DNA of 64,000 nucleotides from Eledone cirrhosa (lineage: Eukaryota), in the NCBI GenBank assembly GCA_964016885.1, contig OZ024742.1:42904001-42968000 (forward strand), written 5' to 3'. The position numbers and the translations under genes are program-made. Shown piece by piece: positions 1 through 11,450 of the stretch. The number at the start of each line of letters is the position of its first letter. Position 1 is the stretch's first letter. A model generated the notes under the pieces. That model searched no databases. It was given only the letters and a program-made list of their open reading frames with translations, and was not told the origin of the DNA.

Positions 1-20
1 ACACCTTTTTCCCTACATAC

Positions 21-1163
21 ATGGGAAAAAGGACACAAAAGATCAGAATCACAAATGTCACACCAAAGGTGAACATATGGTGGATACTGTGCGGCTTCAT
101 CAATTTTGATGAAGACAGAATACTGTCAGTAGGCAAGTCCCCCAGAGATGTATTCAATGGGACTAGCATTGAAGTTCTGGTGCAAATGAGCCCAGAGCGA
201 ATAGCTATGATCCCACAGCGTGTACTCCTGGACGGACTTACCTACATAAACCTTTCGGTTGAGGGTAGGCGGCCTTCATGTTACCATTGCTTTAGCAGGG
301 GTCACCTGAGGGCTTCCTGTCCTAAACTAATGAACCAAAAAAAGGCTCTTCTGCCAACACCCATCAAAACAACACAACCACCAACACCACCACTACAACA
401 ACAACACCAACACACAAAAATAACCACAACAAACACAGTCCCACCCAACCTCACTCCACCTAAAACCACTGCAAAATCACATACAGACACAACAGCTCCC
501 CAAGACATACCCCTCCCCAATCACACAGACGATACAACAGATGAGGCTATCTCGCCATCACCCAGTGAAGACGAGGGAGAACCCCATCGCTCGAAAAGAA
601 AGAAAAGACATCACAAAAGCAAAAAACCAGCAAACACTACCACAAACACACAACCACCAACACAAACAACAAAAATATCACAAACAAAACCCCCACCTCC
701 TGAAAACAAAATACCTACAACAAAACGAAAGCACACACAAGAACTACAGACAAAAACAAACACAACACAAGAAAATTACACTTACACTTACATAAACACT
801 GAAAACAAAACACTAATGGAGACCATTACGAACGACCCTTCGGTTTTCACCGAAGGGAAAACTTTCGCCCACTCTATAAAAAATAGCAAAAAAATGAACC
901 TAAAACTGATTAGGGTCCCTATACAAACTTATAGGTCCCTAAAAGAAACATTTGAGAAGGATGTGGGGAATTCCTGCGTGAAACCACTCAACCGCGTCCT
1001 TCTCAAATACCTCCCCACCCCAGACACCCCCATTCCACCAGACCCCACCCCACCAAACATCTGCGTCCCCACCCCGCCGGAAACCAGCACCCATCCAGAC
1101 AACCCCTCCAACACCCCCATGGAAATCGTGCGGCCTGGTCCCCAGGAGGCGAAGGGTGAGTGA
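21..1163 (+). CDS. Tx1-like ORF1, C-terminal part (gag-like nucleic-acid-binding protein)
   Basis: CYHCFSRGHLRASC is a Cx2Cx4Hx4C knuckle, followed by a Pro/Thr-rich basic tail. Nearly identical to the ORF1 at 5185-7088, which shows the missing N-terminus. Confidence 0.9.
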   Translation: MGKRTQKIRITNVTPKVNIWWILCGFINFDEDRILSVGKSPRDVFNGTSIEVLVQMSPERIAMIPQRVLLDGLTYINLSVEGRRPSCYHCFSRGHLRASCPKLMNQKKALLPTPIKTTQPPTPPLQQQHQHTKITTTNTVPPNLTPPKTTAKSHTDTTAPQDIPLPNHTDDTTDEAISPSPSEDEGEPHRSKRKKRHHKSKKPANTTTNTQPPTQTTKISQTKPPPPENKIPTTKRKHTQELQTKTNTTQENYTYTYINTENKTLMETITNDPSVFTEGKTFAHSIKNSKKMNLKLIRVPIQTYRSLKETFEKDVGNSCVKPLNRVLLKYLPTPDTPIPPDPTPPNICVPTPPETSTHPDNPSNTPMEIVRPGPQEAKGE

Positions 1164-1196
1164 TCTCTTTTCCTCTTTTAACTTTTCAGCACCAAC

Positions 1197-4100
1197 ATGG
1201 CCAATATAAGAGTTGGATGTGTGAACGTACGCGGCCTGGGGATGACCTGGAAACAGGGCAAACTCTTATACGACCTCAGGTCACACAGTTTGGATGTGGT
1301 AGCCATTTGCGAGTCCAGGATCCACGGCGAGCGACAGCTGGCCCCCATCTTCGATGACTTTGAAATCTACGCATCTCTCTGTCAACCGGGGGGTGGGGGC
1401 GGAGTTGCCGTTTTGCTGCGGAAACACCTGGGCCTCGTAACACAGACGGTACATCTGGACCCGGAGGGTCGACTGGTGGTCCTAGACGTTGACGGTAGTG
1501 AAGGTGGAGCCTTCAGGCTGGTGGCCGCATATGCCCCATCCGGGACACCGCGGCCAGACTTCTTCAAACGTCTAGAGACTTTTCTGGGAACGTCCCGCTC
1601 CTTGCTTTTAGTGGGGGACTGGAATGGAATCCTAGATGCACGTTGGGACTATGTGGGAGCATGTCCCGACAAAGGGGGGTGTAACAGCCTCAAACAGTTA
1701 ATCGACCGATTTGACCTGGCCGATAGATATCGACTAGATTTTCCGACTGCGCCAATGTGGACGTGGAGTAATCGTAGCGGAACATCTAGATCGTACCTAG
1801 ATAGGGTTCTAGTTAGAAATAAGGATAGGGACATGTTAAGCTGTCCACAAATGTTCATGGTTGCCTATTCAGATCACAAACTAGTGACCTGCATGGCCAA
1901 CCTTGATAGAACCCATAGACAAGGACCCGGCTACTGGAAGCTGAACTTGTCGTTACCGACAAGCAAAGCCTACAGTAGACGGATTAGCACTTTAGTTAAA
2001 CAGCACTTGACAGGGGCCATTGTCAACAACAGATGGTGGTACTCTCTCAAGAGGGCAGTTAGATTGGACTCGATAGTTTTTAGTAAAGAATTAGCGTTAG
2101 ATAGAAATAGAACCGAGAAGGAACTGGTAGATAAAGTAGAAGAGGCAATTAGAAGTGGCAACGTAGCCAGCGTGCTAGCAACGAGAACGGCCTTGGACCA
2201 GTTCTTCGACGCAAAGCACGAGGGCTGCGTTGTCAGAAGCAAAATACGTGCTCTGGGAAACGAGGGAGCCAAAGCTGTTAGCTGGGCCCGAGTGACGGAG
2301 GCAAAAAGTGGCAACAAGTCCACGATTCGGTCTTTGAAGGACCAAAACGGACGCGTGATACGTGAGCCGAAGCAGATGTGTGCGGCTTTTCAGCGGCACT
2401 TTGCTCGGCTGTTCGGGGGGAGCGGCGCGCCGGGAGAGGCTATGGATTTCGGTCCATACCTCGACGGCCTACCGCGACTCTCGGACAGTGAGGCGAAGTT
2501 CTGCGAAAAGCCGATTTCAGCCACTGAGATAGGGGACGCGCTGAGCCAATGCGGCAAACGCAAATCTCCAGGTCTCGACGGTCTACCCTACGAATTTTAC
2601 GTAGCAATGCCGGACTTATTCTCCGGTCTCCTGGAAGCGGTCTACTGCAACTGGCAACAGAACGGGAGAATTCCCAGTTCTGTAACCGGGGGCGTGGTCA
2701 CACTAATCAGGAAGGACGAGAATAAGGGGGATGACATAGGCAACTTCCGGCCCATAACTCTGCTAAACACAGAGTTACAGATTTTGGCCAAGGTGTTGGC
2801 AAAGAGGCTGGCGCTTGTCGTCGAGAACCTGGTGGGAGAAGCGCAGACATGCGCGATCCCGACCAGGTCCATACACGACAACCTCCACCTCATGCGATAC
2901 ATCATAGAGAGGGTAGGGTGTAAACCCGGCTTCGGTGGGGCCCTGATCAACTTGGATCAGTCTAAGGCTTTCGATAGGGTTGACCATCGTTACCTGGATG
3001 CGGTGCTCGAGGCGGCAGGCTTCGGACCCGTGTTCAGGGGCTGGATTGCTGCAATGCACAACAGCAACATCTGCTCAAGGGTCAAGGTGAACGGTTACCT
3101 CTCGGAGCCGTTCCATATTACGCGATCCATTCGACAGGGATGCCCTCTCTCCTCCCTTCTGTACGTACTGACTCTCGAGCCACTACTGCGGAAGCTGGAG
3201 CTATTGCAGGGCATCCCTCTGGAACCGGGACTGCGGAAAGCGGCGTCGGCCTACGCCGACGACGTGACAGTAATGGTGTCGAGCGCCTCGCAAATCGAGG
3301 AAGTCGGCACCTTACTAAAGGAATACGAAAGTCTCACAGGAGCGAAGCTGAACCGGGACAAGTCCATCGGTTTGCAACTCGGATCGTGGAGAGGCAGACC
3401 GATGCCTTCCGATGGCGTCGTCGGACGCTGGACGGAAGGACCGGTAAAGCTGCTCGGGGTCTGGTTTGGTCCGGACCTCCAGGTGGAGAAGAACTGGAAC
3501 GAAGTGACGGCCAAGGTGTTTGCACTCACCCAGAAGTGGGCCGAGTGCAAACTATCCTTGAAAGGTCGAGCGGAGGTGGCGAACACTTTTATAGCGTCCG
3601 CCATCTACTACCGCTTGACCGTCGTGCCTTGTCCAGCCAAAACGCTCGCCAAAATGGAGCGCGCCCTCTTCCGATTCCTTTGGAAGAGGCGGGCTCCTTT
3701 GGTAAGAAGATCCATCTGCTGCCAACACCCTTCTAACGGAGGGCTGGGGATGCCGTGGTTGACGATGCGCAAACACGCGCTCAGGCTGCGGCATCTCTAC
3801 GTATTCCTCACCGGACAACCGGTGTGGGCCCCGTTCGTGAGGCGAGCCTTCCCACGACTCGTCTCGCTGACCGAGCTGCAGTCCTGGGTCAAGCAGAGAC
3901 CGAGGAAAATGGGCGACTGGCACATCGAATGTGCTCAGGCGCTCACAGCCCTCTGGCAGGCGGACCCAGCGATCAGTGGAGACTCCACTTCGTCATTCTA
4001 TAGAGGGTTGGTCCGCAGCAAGTGCGACGACGCGCTCGGTGAAACTCTAGGCGTGGAGGAAGATGAACTGGCCAGTCTGTTCAGTAGGACCTTCCGCCCG

Positions 4101-4538
4101 GGACCGATGGACAACTTCCAAAAGTCCCTGGCCTGGCAGTGCTACCGAGGAGCTCTACCAGTTCGAGACAAGCTCTACAGACATGGGCGCCCGGGCAGGG
4201 ACCCTGCAAAAAAGATCTGTCCGAGGTGCGTGCGAGACGAAGAAACCGTCGCGCACGCATTCATACACTGCCCGGGCGTCACTGACCTGTGGGGCTATGT
4301 AGAACGACTATTGTCGCGGGTGGGACCAATCCAGTTGACCACCGAGTCCATTGTCATGATCAAACCGCCACCCTCCTTCAAAAACGAAGGAGAGGCGGTT
4401 TTCCTTTGTGTGATAGCTATGGCGAAAGAGGTTGTATGGTGGACAAGGTTGAAAGGGCTGAGGTCAGACACCTTTCTCTCCGGCCAACAACTGATTCTTT
4501 TTTTCAAATACCACTTTGGAAGAAGAATCAGGATGTAG
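1197..4538 (+). CDS. Tx1-like ORF2: APE endonuclease, reverse transcriptase and C-terminal Zn finger
   Basis: APE motifs NVRGL, DVVAICE, GDWN, YLDRV, SDHK. RT motifs KSPGLDG, FRPITLLN, LDQSKAFDRV, RQGCPLS, YADD. Zn motif CPRC..ETVAHAFIHC. TAG at 4536 is premature; the family stop is at 4632-4634. Confidence 0.95.
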   Translation: MANIRVGCVNVRGLGMTWKQGKLLYDLRSHSLDVVAICESRIHGERQLAPIFDDFEIYASLCQPGGGGGVAVLLRKHLGLVTQTVHLDPEGRLVVLDVDGSEGGAFRLVAAYAPSGTPRPDFFKRLETFLGTSRSLLLVGDWNGILDARWDYVGACPDKGGCNSLKQLIDRFDLADRYRLDFPTAPMWTWSNRSGTSRSYLDRVLVRNKDRDMLSCPQMFMVAYSDHKLVTCMANLDRTHRQGPGYWKLNLSLPTSKAYSRRISTLVKQHLTGAIVNNRWWYSLKRAVRLDSIVFSKELALDRNRTEKELVDKVEEAIRSGNVASVLATRTALDQFFDAKHEGCVVRSKIRALGNEGAKAVSWARVTEAKSGNKSTIRSLKDQNGRVIREPKQMCAAFQRHFARLFGGSGAPGEAMDFGPYLDGLPRLSDSEAKFCEKPISATEIGDALSQCGKRKSPGLDGLPYEFYVAMPDLFSGLLEAVYCNWQQNGRIPSSVTGGVVTLIRKDENKGDDIGNFRPITLLNTELQILAKVLAKRLALVVENLVGEAQTCAIPTRSIHDNLHLMRYIIERVGCKPGFGGALINLDQSKAFDRVDHRYLDAVLEAAGFGPVFRGWIAAMHNSNICSRVKVNGYLSEPFHITRSIRQGCPLSSLLYVLTLEPLLRKLELLQGIPLEPGLRKAASAYADDVTVMVSSASQIEEVGTLLKEYESLTGAKLNRDKSIGLQLGSWRGRPMPSDGVVGRWTEGPVKLLGVWFGPDLQVEKNWNEVTAKVFALTQKWAECKLSLKGRAEVANTFIASAIYYRLTVVPCPAKTLAKMERALFRFLWKRRAPLVRRSICCQHPSNGGLGMPWLTMRKHALRLRHLYVFLTGQPVWAPFVRRAFPRLVSLTELQSWVKQRPRKMGDWHIECAQALTALWQADPAISGDSTSSFYRGLVRSKCDDALGETLGVEEDELASLFSRTFRPGPMDNFQKSLAWQCYRGALPVRDKLYRHGRPGRDPAKKICPRCVRDEETVAHAFIHCPGVTDLWGYVERLLSRVGPIQLTTESIVMIKPPPSFKNEGEAVFLCVIAMAKEVVWWTRLKGLRSDTFLSGQQLILFFKYHFGRRIRM

Positions 4539-4873
4539 AGAGAGGTGCTGTACCCCAGCAAGTTTTATGAAAGGTGGGTGAAAGTGGCGAGAATGGCCCG
4601 AGTGAATGGGCCTTCTCTCTATATCAGCCTGTAGATTGAGGAAAAGGAGGAGGAGAGGAAAGGAGTACAAGCTCTTCGTACTCCTGGAGATGAGGGTTGC
4701 ACATTTTTTTCGGGGGTATGTGTTACCCATATAAACTGTCTCCCTCTATTGGGGAAAATCGACTAACTTTTAAATTCCATCTGTGATAACATTTTACACG
4801 TTTTTATTGTATGTAAACTTCCCCCTTTGTATTTGTCCCCTTCTTTTGTGCCCCTGTGGCTAATAAAGAAATA

Positions 4874-4950
<77 letters not shown>

Positions 4951-4955
4951 CTATC
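4874..4955. repeat. (ATCT)n microsatellite between two tandem Tx1-A copies
   Basis: About 19 ATCT units read directly. Confidence 0.95.
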
Positions 4956-4959
4956 TCTC

Positions 4960-7088
4960 TCTACCAGACGTGTGCAACTACGCGGAGAAGTTTCCGTTAT
5001 TTTATGTAAGAAAAAAAACGTGAGTTTTCAGTTAAATTCTATATTATTTTGTAACTTGACCCCCCGTCTGGACCTTCAGGTGGTGGATCAACTCATTTTC
5101 GCCCCTACAGGGGCGAAATATTCGTTTGAACATTTTTTCTCCATCGAATTTTGGAAAAAATATAATAAGAAGTTTGATTACGTTATGTACGCTGCGTTCA
5201 ACGATAATGGTGGTGGAGAGTCGGTAAGACTACAGAGCTCGCAGTCAACATCGTCTTCTTCCCTAAATACTATGGAGATGGAAAGACGAAATGAAAATGT
5301 AAAAACAAATTCATATCCAAACAACGCAAATGACACCAAACAGTTCAATGACAACAAAAATAACAACAACACTAATAATGATGATAAAAACAACAATAAC
5401 AACAACAACAAAGAAAAAAATAAAGACAACACCAATAACACCAGCATCAAAGACAACAACAACACCAACACGAACCCCAAGGAAAATACGAATAATATCA
5501 ACATCAGTGACAACAAGAATAACAACAAGAATAACAACAATAATGACAACACCACCAACACGGATAATTCCACAAAGAAACCAAAAATCTCCTTTGCGCA
5601 GACAGTTAAAAAAAAGGAGGAACTGACATATCTCGACATAACAAATGCCGAACAACTTTTAAAGGACACTAGGAGATATGTCACTTTCGAAAAAAATGGT
5701 GCTTTCAGCATCAATTCTCCGGTAGAAATTCGCAAGGAAACTGCTCTCAAAACGATAGTTTTTAGGACAGTTTCCAATTCTACCCGAAAACCAGTCCAAT
5801 TGTCACAGAAAGAAATTGAACTGGTTTTCAAAAATTCAATGAATGATATTGCATTCATTCAAAGAAGCAAACTTTTTGGGAGTATTTCGGTACTCATGAA
5901 GGATCAATTGACGGCCCAAAATTACTCTGTGTCGCCAATTGTATCCAACCTGTATACCTTTTTCCCTACATACATGGGAAAAAGGACACAGAAGATTAAA
6001 ATCACGAGTGTCACACCAAAGGTGAACATATGGTGGATACTGTGCGGCTTCATCAATTTTGATGAAGACAGAATACTGTCAGTAGGAAAGTCCCCCAGAG
6101 ATGTATTCAATGGGACTAGCATTGAAGTTCTGGTGCAAATGAGCCCAGAGCGAATAGCTATGATCCCACAACGTGTACTCCTGGACGGACTCACCTACAT
6201 AAACTTTTCGGTTGAGGGTAGGCAGCCTTCATGTTACCATTGCTTTAGCAGGGGTCACCTGAGGTCTTCCTGTCCTAAATTAATGAGTCAAAAAAAGGCT
6301 CTTCTGCCGACACCCATCAAAACAACACAACCACCAACACCACCACAGCAACAACAACACCAACACACAAAAATAACCACAACAAACACAATCCCACCCA
6401 ACCCCACTCCACCTAAAACCACTGCAAAATCACATACAGACACAACAGCTCCCCAAGACATACCCCTCCCCAATCACACAGACGATACAACAGATGAGGC
6501 TATCTCGCCATCACCCAGTGAAGACGAGGGAGAACCCCATCGCTCGAAAAGAAAGAAAAGACATCACAAAAGCAAAAAACCAGCAAACACTACCACAAAC
6601 ATACAACCACCAACACAAACAACAAAAACATCACAAACAAAACCCCCACCTCCTGAAAACAAAATACCTACAACAAAACGAAAGCACACACAAGAACTAC
6701 AGACAAAAACAAACACAACACAAGAAAATTACACTTACACTTACATAAACACTGAAAATAAAACACTAATGGAGACCATCGCGGTGAAAACCGAAGGGAA
6801 AACTTTCGCCCACTCTATTAAAAATAACAAAAAACTGAACCTAAAACTGATTAGGGTCCCTATACAAACTTATAGGTTCCTAAAAGAAACATTTGAAAAG
6901 GATGTGGGGAATTCCTGCGTGAAACCACTTAACCGCGTCCTTCTCAAATGTCTTTCCACCCCAGACACCCCCATTCCACCAGACCCCACCCCACCAAACA
7001 TCTCCGTCCCCACCCCGTCGGAAACTACCACCCACCCAGACAACCCCTCCAACACACCCATGGAAATCGTGCAGCCTGGTCCCCAGGC
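4960..7088 (+). mobile_element. Tx1 family A copy 2: 5' UTR and ORF1 (about 5185-7088), 3'-truncated just before the ORF1 stop
   Basis: Asn-rich N-terminus. From 5955 it is nearly identical to 1-1147, with a 12-nt in-frame indel. Homology breaks at CCCCAGG 7088. Confidence 0.92.
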
Positions 7089-7094
7089 TGCACG

Positions 7095-7125
<31 letters not shown>

Positions 7126-7133
7126 GCACATCA

Positions 7134-7187
7134 GGGCTTTCCTGATGATTTCCTTCGAATGAAACAGTTCTAATCCTGTAAAAGCCT
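7134..7187 (+). ncRNA. Type I hammerhead-like ribozyme, slightly degenerate, in a PLE terminal fragment (about 7126-7283)
   Basis: GGCTTT-c-CTGATGA-tTTCcttcGAAt-GAAA-CAG..CTG-TA-AAAGCC; related copy at about 17967-18015. Confidence 0.65.
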
Positions 7188-7289
7188 TTTATATACTAAA
7201 TTCTGTATATACTCTACTAATGTATTGAGTACCTTACTTACTGTGGTTACCTCCGATTGAACACGGGACTCACATATCCATCGCTATCT

Positions 7290-7657
7290 ATCTCTATATA
7301 TATACATATCAACTAGAAATCGATTGACATATATGTCTGAGAAACATGTCATGTGTGAGAAACATGCGCCATAACCTCTGTAGAATATGCTCAAAGACTC
7401 TAATGAATAGATCCGAGCATTTATATCAACTAGAAATCGATTGACATATATATATATATTAGAAAGTGAGGTTTTTTTACAAAATGAAAAAAAATAAAAG
7501 AGGTGTCCTACACGAGTGAAAGTATAAGAAAAAAAGATGAAATCGAAAATGCAACTGGAGTCTTTTTTTAAAAATATATATTTATTTGGTTCCTTTACCG
7601 GTTTCACAGTTCTTCTGCTTTTCAAAAGTAGAATTGAGATGGAGGGTTTGTGGTTTT

Positions 7658-7733
<76 letters not shown>

Positions 7734-7960
7734 AACATACGAAACAATCACAGGAGATAATTTGTAAAGAGTGTGAGTACACATAGCTAGGTAGGTAACT
7801 AATTAAAGTTTAACGAGAACTTCAAATATAGATACCTTTTTAAAATGATTAATATCCTCTGTATATATTTCATTAAATAAAGAAATATATTTCACCATCA
7901 ATCGGTAAATCACAGCAGTCAAATACGGATCTTCAGCAAAGGAGAAGATTTAACTATCTG
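7290..7960 (-). repeat. Dispersed repeat, probable PLE terminal region, with a degenerate hammerhead at 7855-7943 (-)
   Basis: Minus strand reads TCCTTTG-CTGAAGA...GAAATATATA-CAGAGGA with stem I pairing. Blocks recur rearranged at 36676-36840. Confidence 0.4.
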
Positions 7961-8589
7961 TGTTTACACAGCAAATGCAAATCTATACTTATATATATGT
8001 TATATATGGAGAGACGGGGAGAGATTCATGTAATATATAGAGAGACGGGGAGAGAGTGGGAGAGATTCATGTAATATATCGATAGAGATCTTGTTGCTCT
8101 GGATAGGTAAGGAGTTATATTTGCTCTGAACAAACTTTCATTCATCCATTTCTAAATCCACTGGCCGATTTTATTGAAGTTAGTTTAATACTTTTCTTTA
8201 GATATTATTTACACACACTACAACCTATCTCTGAGTTGGATTATATATATAGATGTATGTATGTATGTATTTATGTATGTATGTATGTATATATATATGT
8301 GTATGTGTGTATGTGTGTATGTGTGTATGTGTGTATGTATGTATGTGTGTATGTATGTGTGTATGTATGTATTCATGTATGTATGTGTGTGTGTATGCGT
8401 GTATGTATGTATGTGTGTATGTATTTATGTATGCATGCATGTATTTTCTTTTTGAGTTTATTTTTGACCGGCCACCTACCCGGTGGCAAGGTTGTAAAGG
8501 AAATGAAATTTTCGTTGTCGCTTGTACAATCGTTCATCCTTTGAATCATAAGAATGTTTTACAGATTTTGAAGATTCGAGATACCGCGA

Positions 8590-9500
8590 CCATTTGTAGT
8601 TTATGAATTAAGGAGTTGCGTTTTTTCTCCGCAAATCCAATTTTTATCATACTTTGGTTCAGGTGTGTCGGTATATATCATGCAGCTCCAATAATAATAA
8701 GTATAAAACTGATCGTGTATCATAGGTACTGGATCTTAGTCCGTAAGTAACCTCTTTCTCTTGCATATTTCTTACTACATTAATATCTAGAGAGCAATTG
8801 ATTTCTACAACAGATCATGTTTTAAATGTGTGGTCCCAAACAATATCAGGCCGGTTGTATTTTAATTTGGTGGCGGTTTTTATATGTAGGTTCCACCAAT
8901 ATTCCTTTGAGCCATTAGTCTTTACGTATTCCTCCCGATTTGATTTGATTTTGGTCTGCCATAATGTATCCCAGATCGTTCTAGTTATCACATCATGCTT
9001 CATGGAGATGTATTAACGATGAGACATTCTTTCACAGTTGGCAATAATGTGGCTAACATCTTCGATCTTTATTTTGCACAGCCTACATTTACTTTCAACT
9101 AATGACTTTCCTTTTTTGTGCTGTATGTACTTGGTGGGAATTTTCTTGTTTCTGGATTGCATAGCGGTACCCTTCAAGGTGGGATATTATGAACTTATCC
9201 GAGCTTCATGTCAGGCTTTTGATATGGTTTATCCCCTCTAAGGTCTACGTTTTTCTTCACAAGTGTCCATGTACATATTTAGGGAACTGATCCATTTTTA
9301 AACATTTTATTCAAGAATCAAGAAGAGCCTTCCAATTTGTGTCAGCTTTTATTTCATATCTCGCCGCTAGATCAGTGGCTATTATAACAATGTTGTTATT
9401 TTCATGCTTATAAACTCGGGCGGGATAGCTACTGACATTTCTCTTGTTGAAGGTGTCACTTCAGACTCGTGTGGTGTTATATAGATTTTAGGCCCCAGCC
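8590..9500 (-). pseudogene. Degraded R4/Dong-type LINE 3' region with RLE endonuclease
   Basis: KHDVITRTIW..YWWNLHIKTATKLKYNRPDIV matches the RHD...RPD restriction-like endonuclease layout. Confidence 0.7.
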
Positions 9501-9585
9501 ACCCTACATGTGAGCGAAATAAAGCCGATCGACTTCACGACTTCACTATTAGTGTTTACGTTTCCAGTAACACTGAACAGCTTGC

Positions 9586-9715
9586 GAGTCCTTACATCCA
9601 TTTCGTCCTTACATTCATTTCGTCCTTACATCCATTTCGAGTCCTTACATCCATTCCGAGTCCTTACATCCATTTCGAGTCCTTACATCCATTTCGTCCT
9701 TACATCCATTTCGAG
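9586..9715. repeat. 17-19 bp tandem repeat, (GA)GTCCTTACATCCATTTC x7
   Basis: Read directly. Confidence 0.9.
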
Positions 9716-10009
9716 TTATTGCAATGACCTGTTCAGCAAGCCAAATGCTGGCGTTCGGACGGACACAGCAAAAGTTTTATGGGCAATATGCTTGTTGTAT
9801 ACTGAAAGTTCTGATGACCATATTCTCTTTAATCACCTGGGGCATTTAATCCTAGTCCTCTCCTGGGTTCATCGTATCTGATGAACTCAATAATAGTAGT
9901 AGTAGTAGCAGTAGCAATAAACTAATAGTAGTAGCAATAATACTAATAGTATCTCTAGTAACAGTAATTGTGATAATCTTTATTATAAAAGAGAAGCTGT
10001 TTCTCTGTC

Positions 10010-11336
10010 TGTCTGTCCGGGACGCGAAAGGGCTGTGTCGGCATACGCAGACGACATCACCGTGATGGTGTCGAACCTCGGAAATCGAGGTTGTTGGCAC
10101 CCTCTTGGAGGAATATGAAAAGTTGACGGGAGCGAAACTAAACCCGGAAAAGTCGTCGGGCGCTGGACAGATGGACCGGTAAAGTTGCTCGCGGTTTGGT
10201 TCGAACCAGGCCTCCAGCTGGATATGAATTGGGACGAAGTTACGGTCAGGGTAGCCATTCTTACCCAGAAATGGCCCAAGAGGAATCTTTCCCTGAAAGG
10301 TTGGGCGGAGGTGGCGAACGCGTACTTCGCCCCCGTCATCTACTAACACCTAACCGTCGTGCTGCATCCGTTCGCGCCTCGCCAAATTGGAGCAACTCTT
10401 CTTCAACTTCTTGTGGAGAGGACGGGTTCCGTTGGTGAGGCAGTCCATCTGCTGCCAGTACCCTCTACGTGGAGGGCTGTACACACCGTGGCTAATGATG
10501 CGCAAACATGTGCTGAGGCTGCAGCATCTCCAGATATTCTTCCTAAACGGTGAACAGGTGTGATTGCCGTTTGTGAGACGGGCCTTTCCGCAGCTCGTCC
10601 CTTTATCTGAGCTATAGTCCTGGGTCAAGAAGAGACCAAGGCTGGGTGCCTGGCATCTGGAATGTTTCCAGATGCTCACTGCCCTCTACCAGGCGGGAAA
10701 TGCGGTCAGTGGAACTTCCACTCTCGAGTTCTAAAGAGGATTAGTGGTGGGCAAGTGCAACGACGCTCTCCGAAAGGTTCTAGGCGTCGACGAGAACGAA
10801 CTAGCCAGTCTTTTCTGGAGGACTTTCTAGCCGGGGACTATGGACAATTTCCAGAAATCCTTTGCTTGGCAGTAGCAAAAGAGTTATATGGTGGACCATG
10901 TTGAAAGAACTGAAAACAGACACTTTTCTTTTCGACCAATCCCTCATCGAACTTTTTCAAATTAAACTTGGAAAGGAAGGTGAGGATGGAGAGAGAAGTG
11001 CTTCCCTTTAGTACATTTGCTGAATGGTGGGTAAATGTGGCGAGAATGGCCCATATGAGTGGGCCTACTCTGATCGTGCGCTTGTATGCTGGTGATTTTG
11101 AGGGGTGCTTTTCCCGGGTGCCCTCGAAGTGCCGGGTGGTTCAGGATTGGGGTGAGGGGTTACCTGAATCAACACTGGGTGATTATCCCCCCTATTGAGG
11201 AATCTTCATTGTTGTATTTTTATTGTTTATTGTTATTGTTTTCCTATTTTTTTTACTCCATTTTGTGTAAAACCCCCACTGTCCCCGTCTATTGTATTAT
11301 CCCCTATATGTCGGCTCTTGTGGCCAATAAATGAAA
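10010..11336 (+). mobile_element. Degenerate 5'-truncated Tx1-like LINE, third subfamily
   Basis: SAYADDITVMV, WTDGPVKLL and ERKVRMEREVL with stops and frameshifts. 3' end GTGGCCAATAAATGAAA; the same 3' end occurs at 21540-21695. Confidence 0.85.
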
Positions 11337-11338
11337 CC

Positions 11339-11450
11339 ATCCCGCCGAGGTTAACTTTGCCTTTCATCCATACGAGGTCGATAAACTAAAGTACCAGTAA
11401 TAAACTGAGGTAATTGCTGGCCTTGTGCCAAAGTAGAAACACTTATTATT
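11339..11450 (+). mobile_element. SINE 3' fragment
   Basis: GAGGTTAACTTTGCCTTTCATCC..GGTCGATAAA..AGTACCAG core shared with the SINEs at 21170-21886 and 43154-43695. Confidence 0.8.

Larger units (their letters stand above)
1..4870 (+). mobile_element. L1/Tx1-clade non-LTR retrotransposon, family A, near-intact; 5' end lies outside the window
   Basis: ORF1 with CCHC knuckle, ORF2 with APE-RT-Zn domains, and a 3' UTR ending GGCTAATAAAGAAA directly followed by (ATCT)n. Confidence 0.95.

Noticed and set aside
1156-1189. 34-nt GT-AG intron fusing ORF1 to ORF2
   Set aside because: Removing it leaves ORF2 out of frame, and the intron is implausibly short; only the separate donor and acceptor signals are kept as a finding
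4972-7173. The 733-aa ORF as a complete protein
   Set aside because: It starts at GTG in the 5' UTR, and its C-terminus after 7088 is read-through into (TA)n and a PLE fragment
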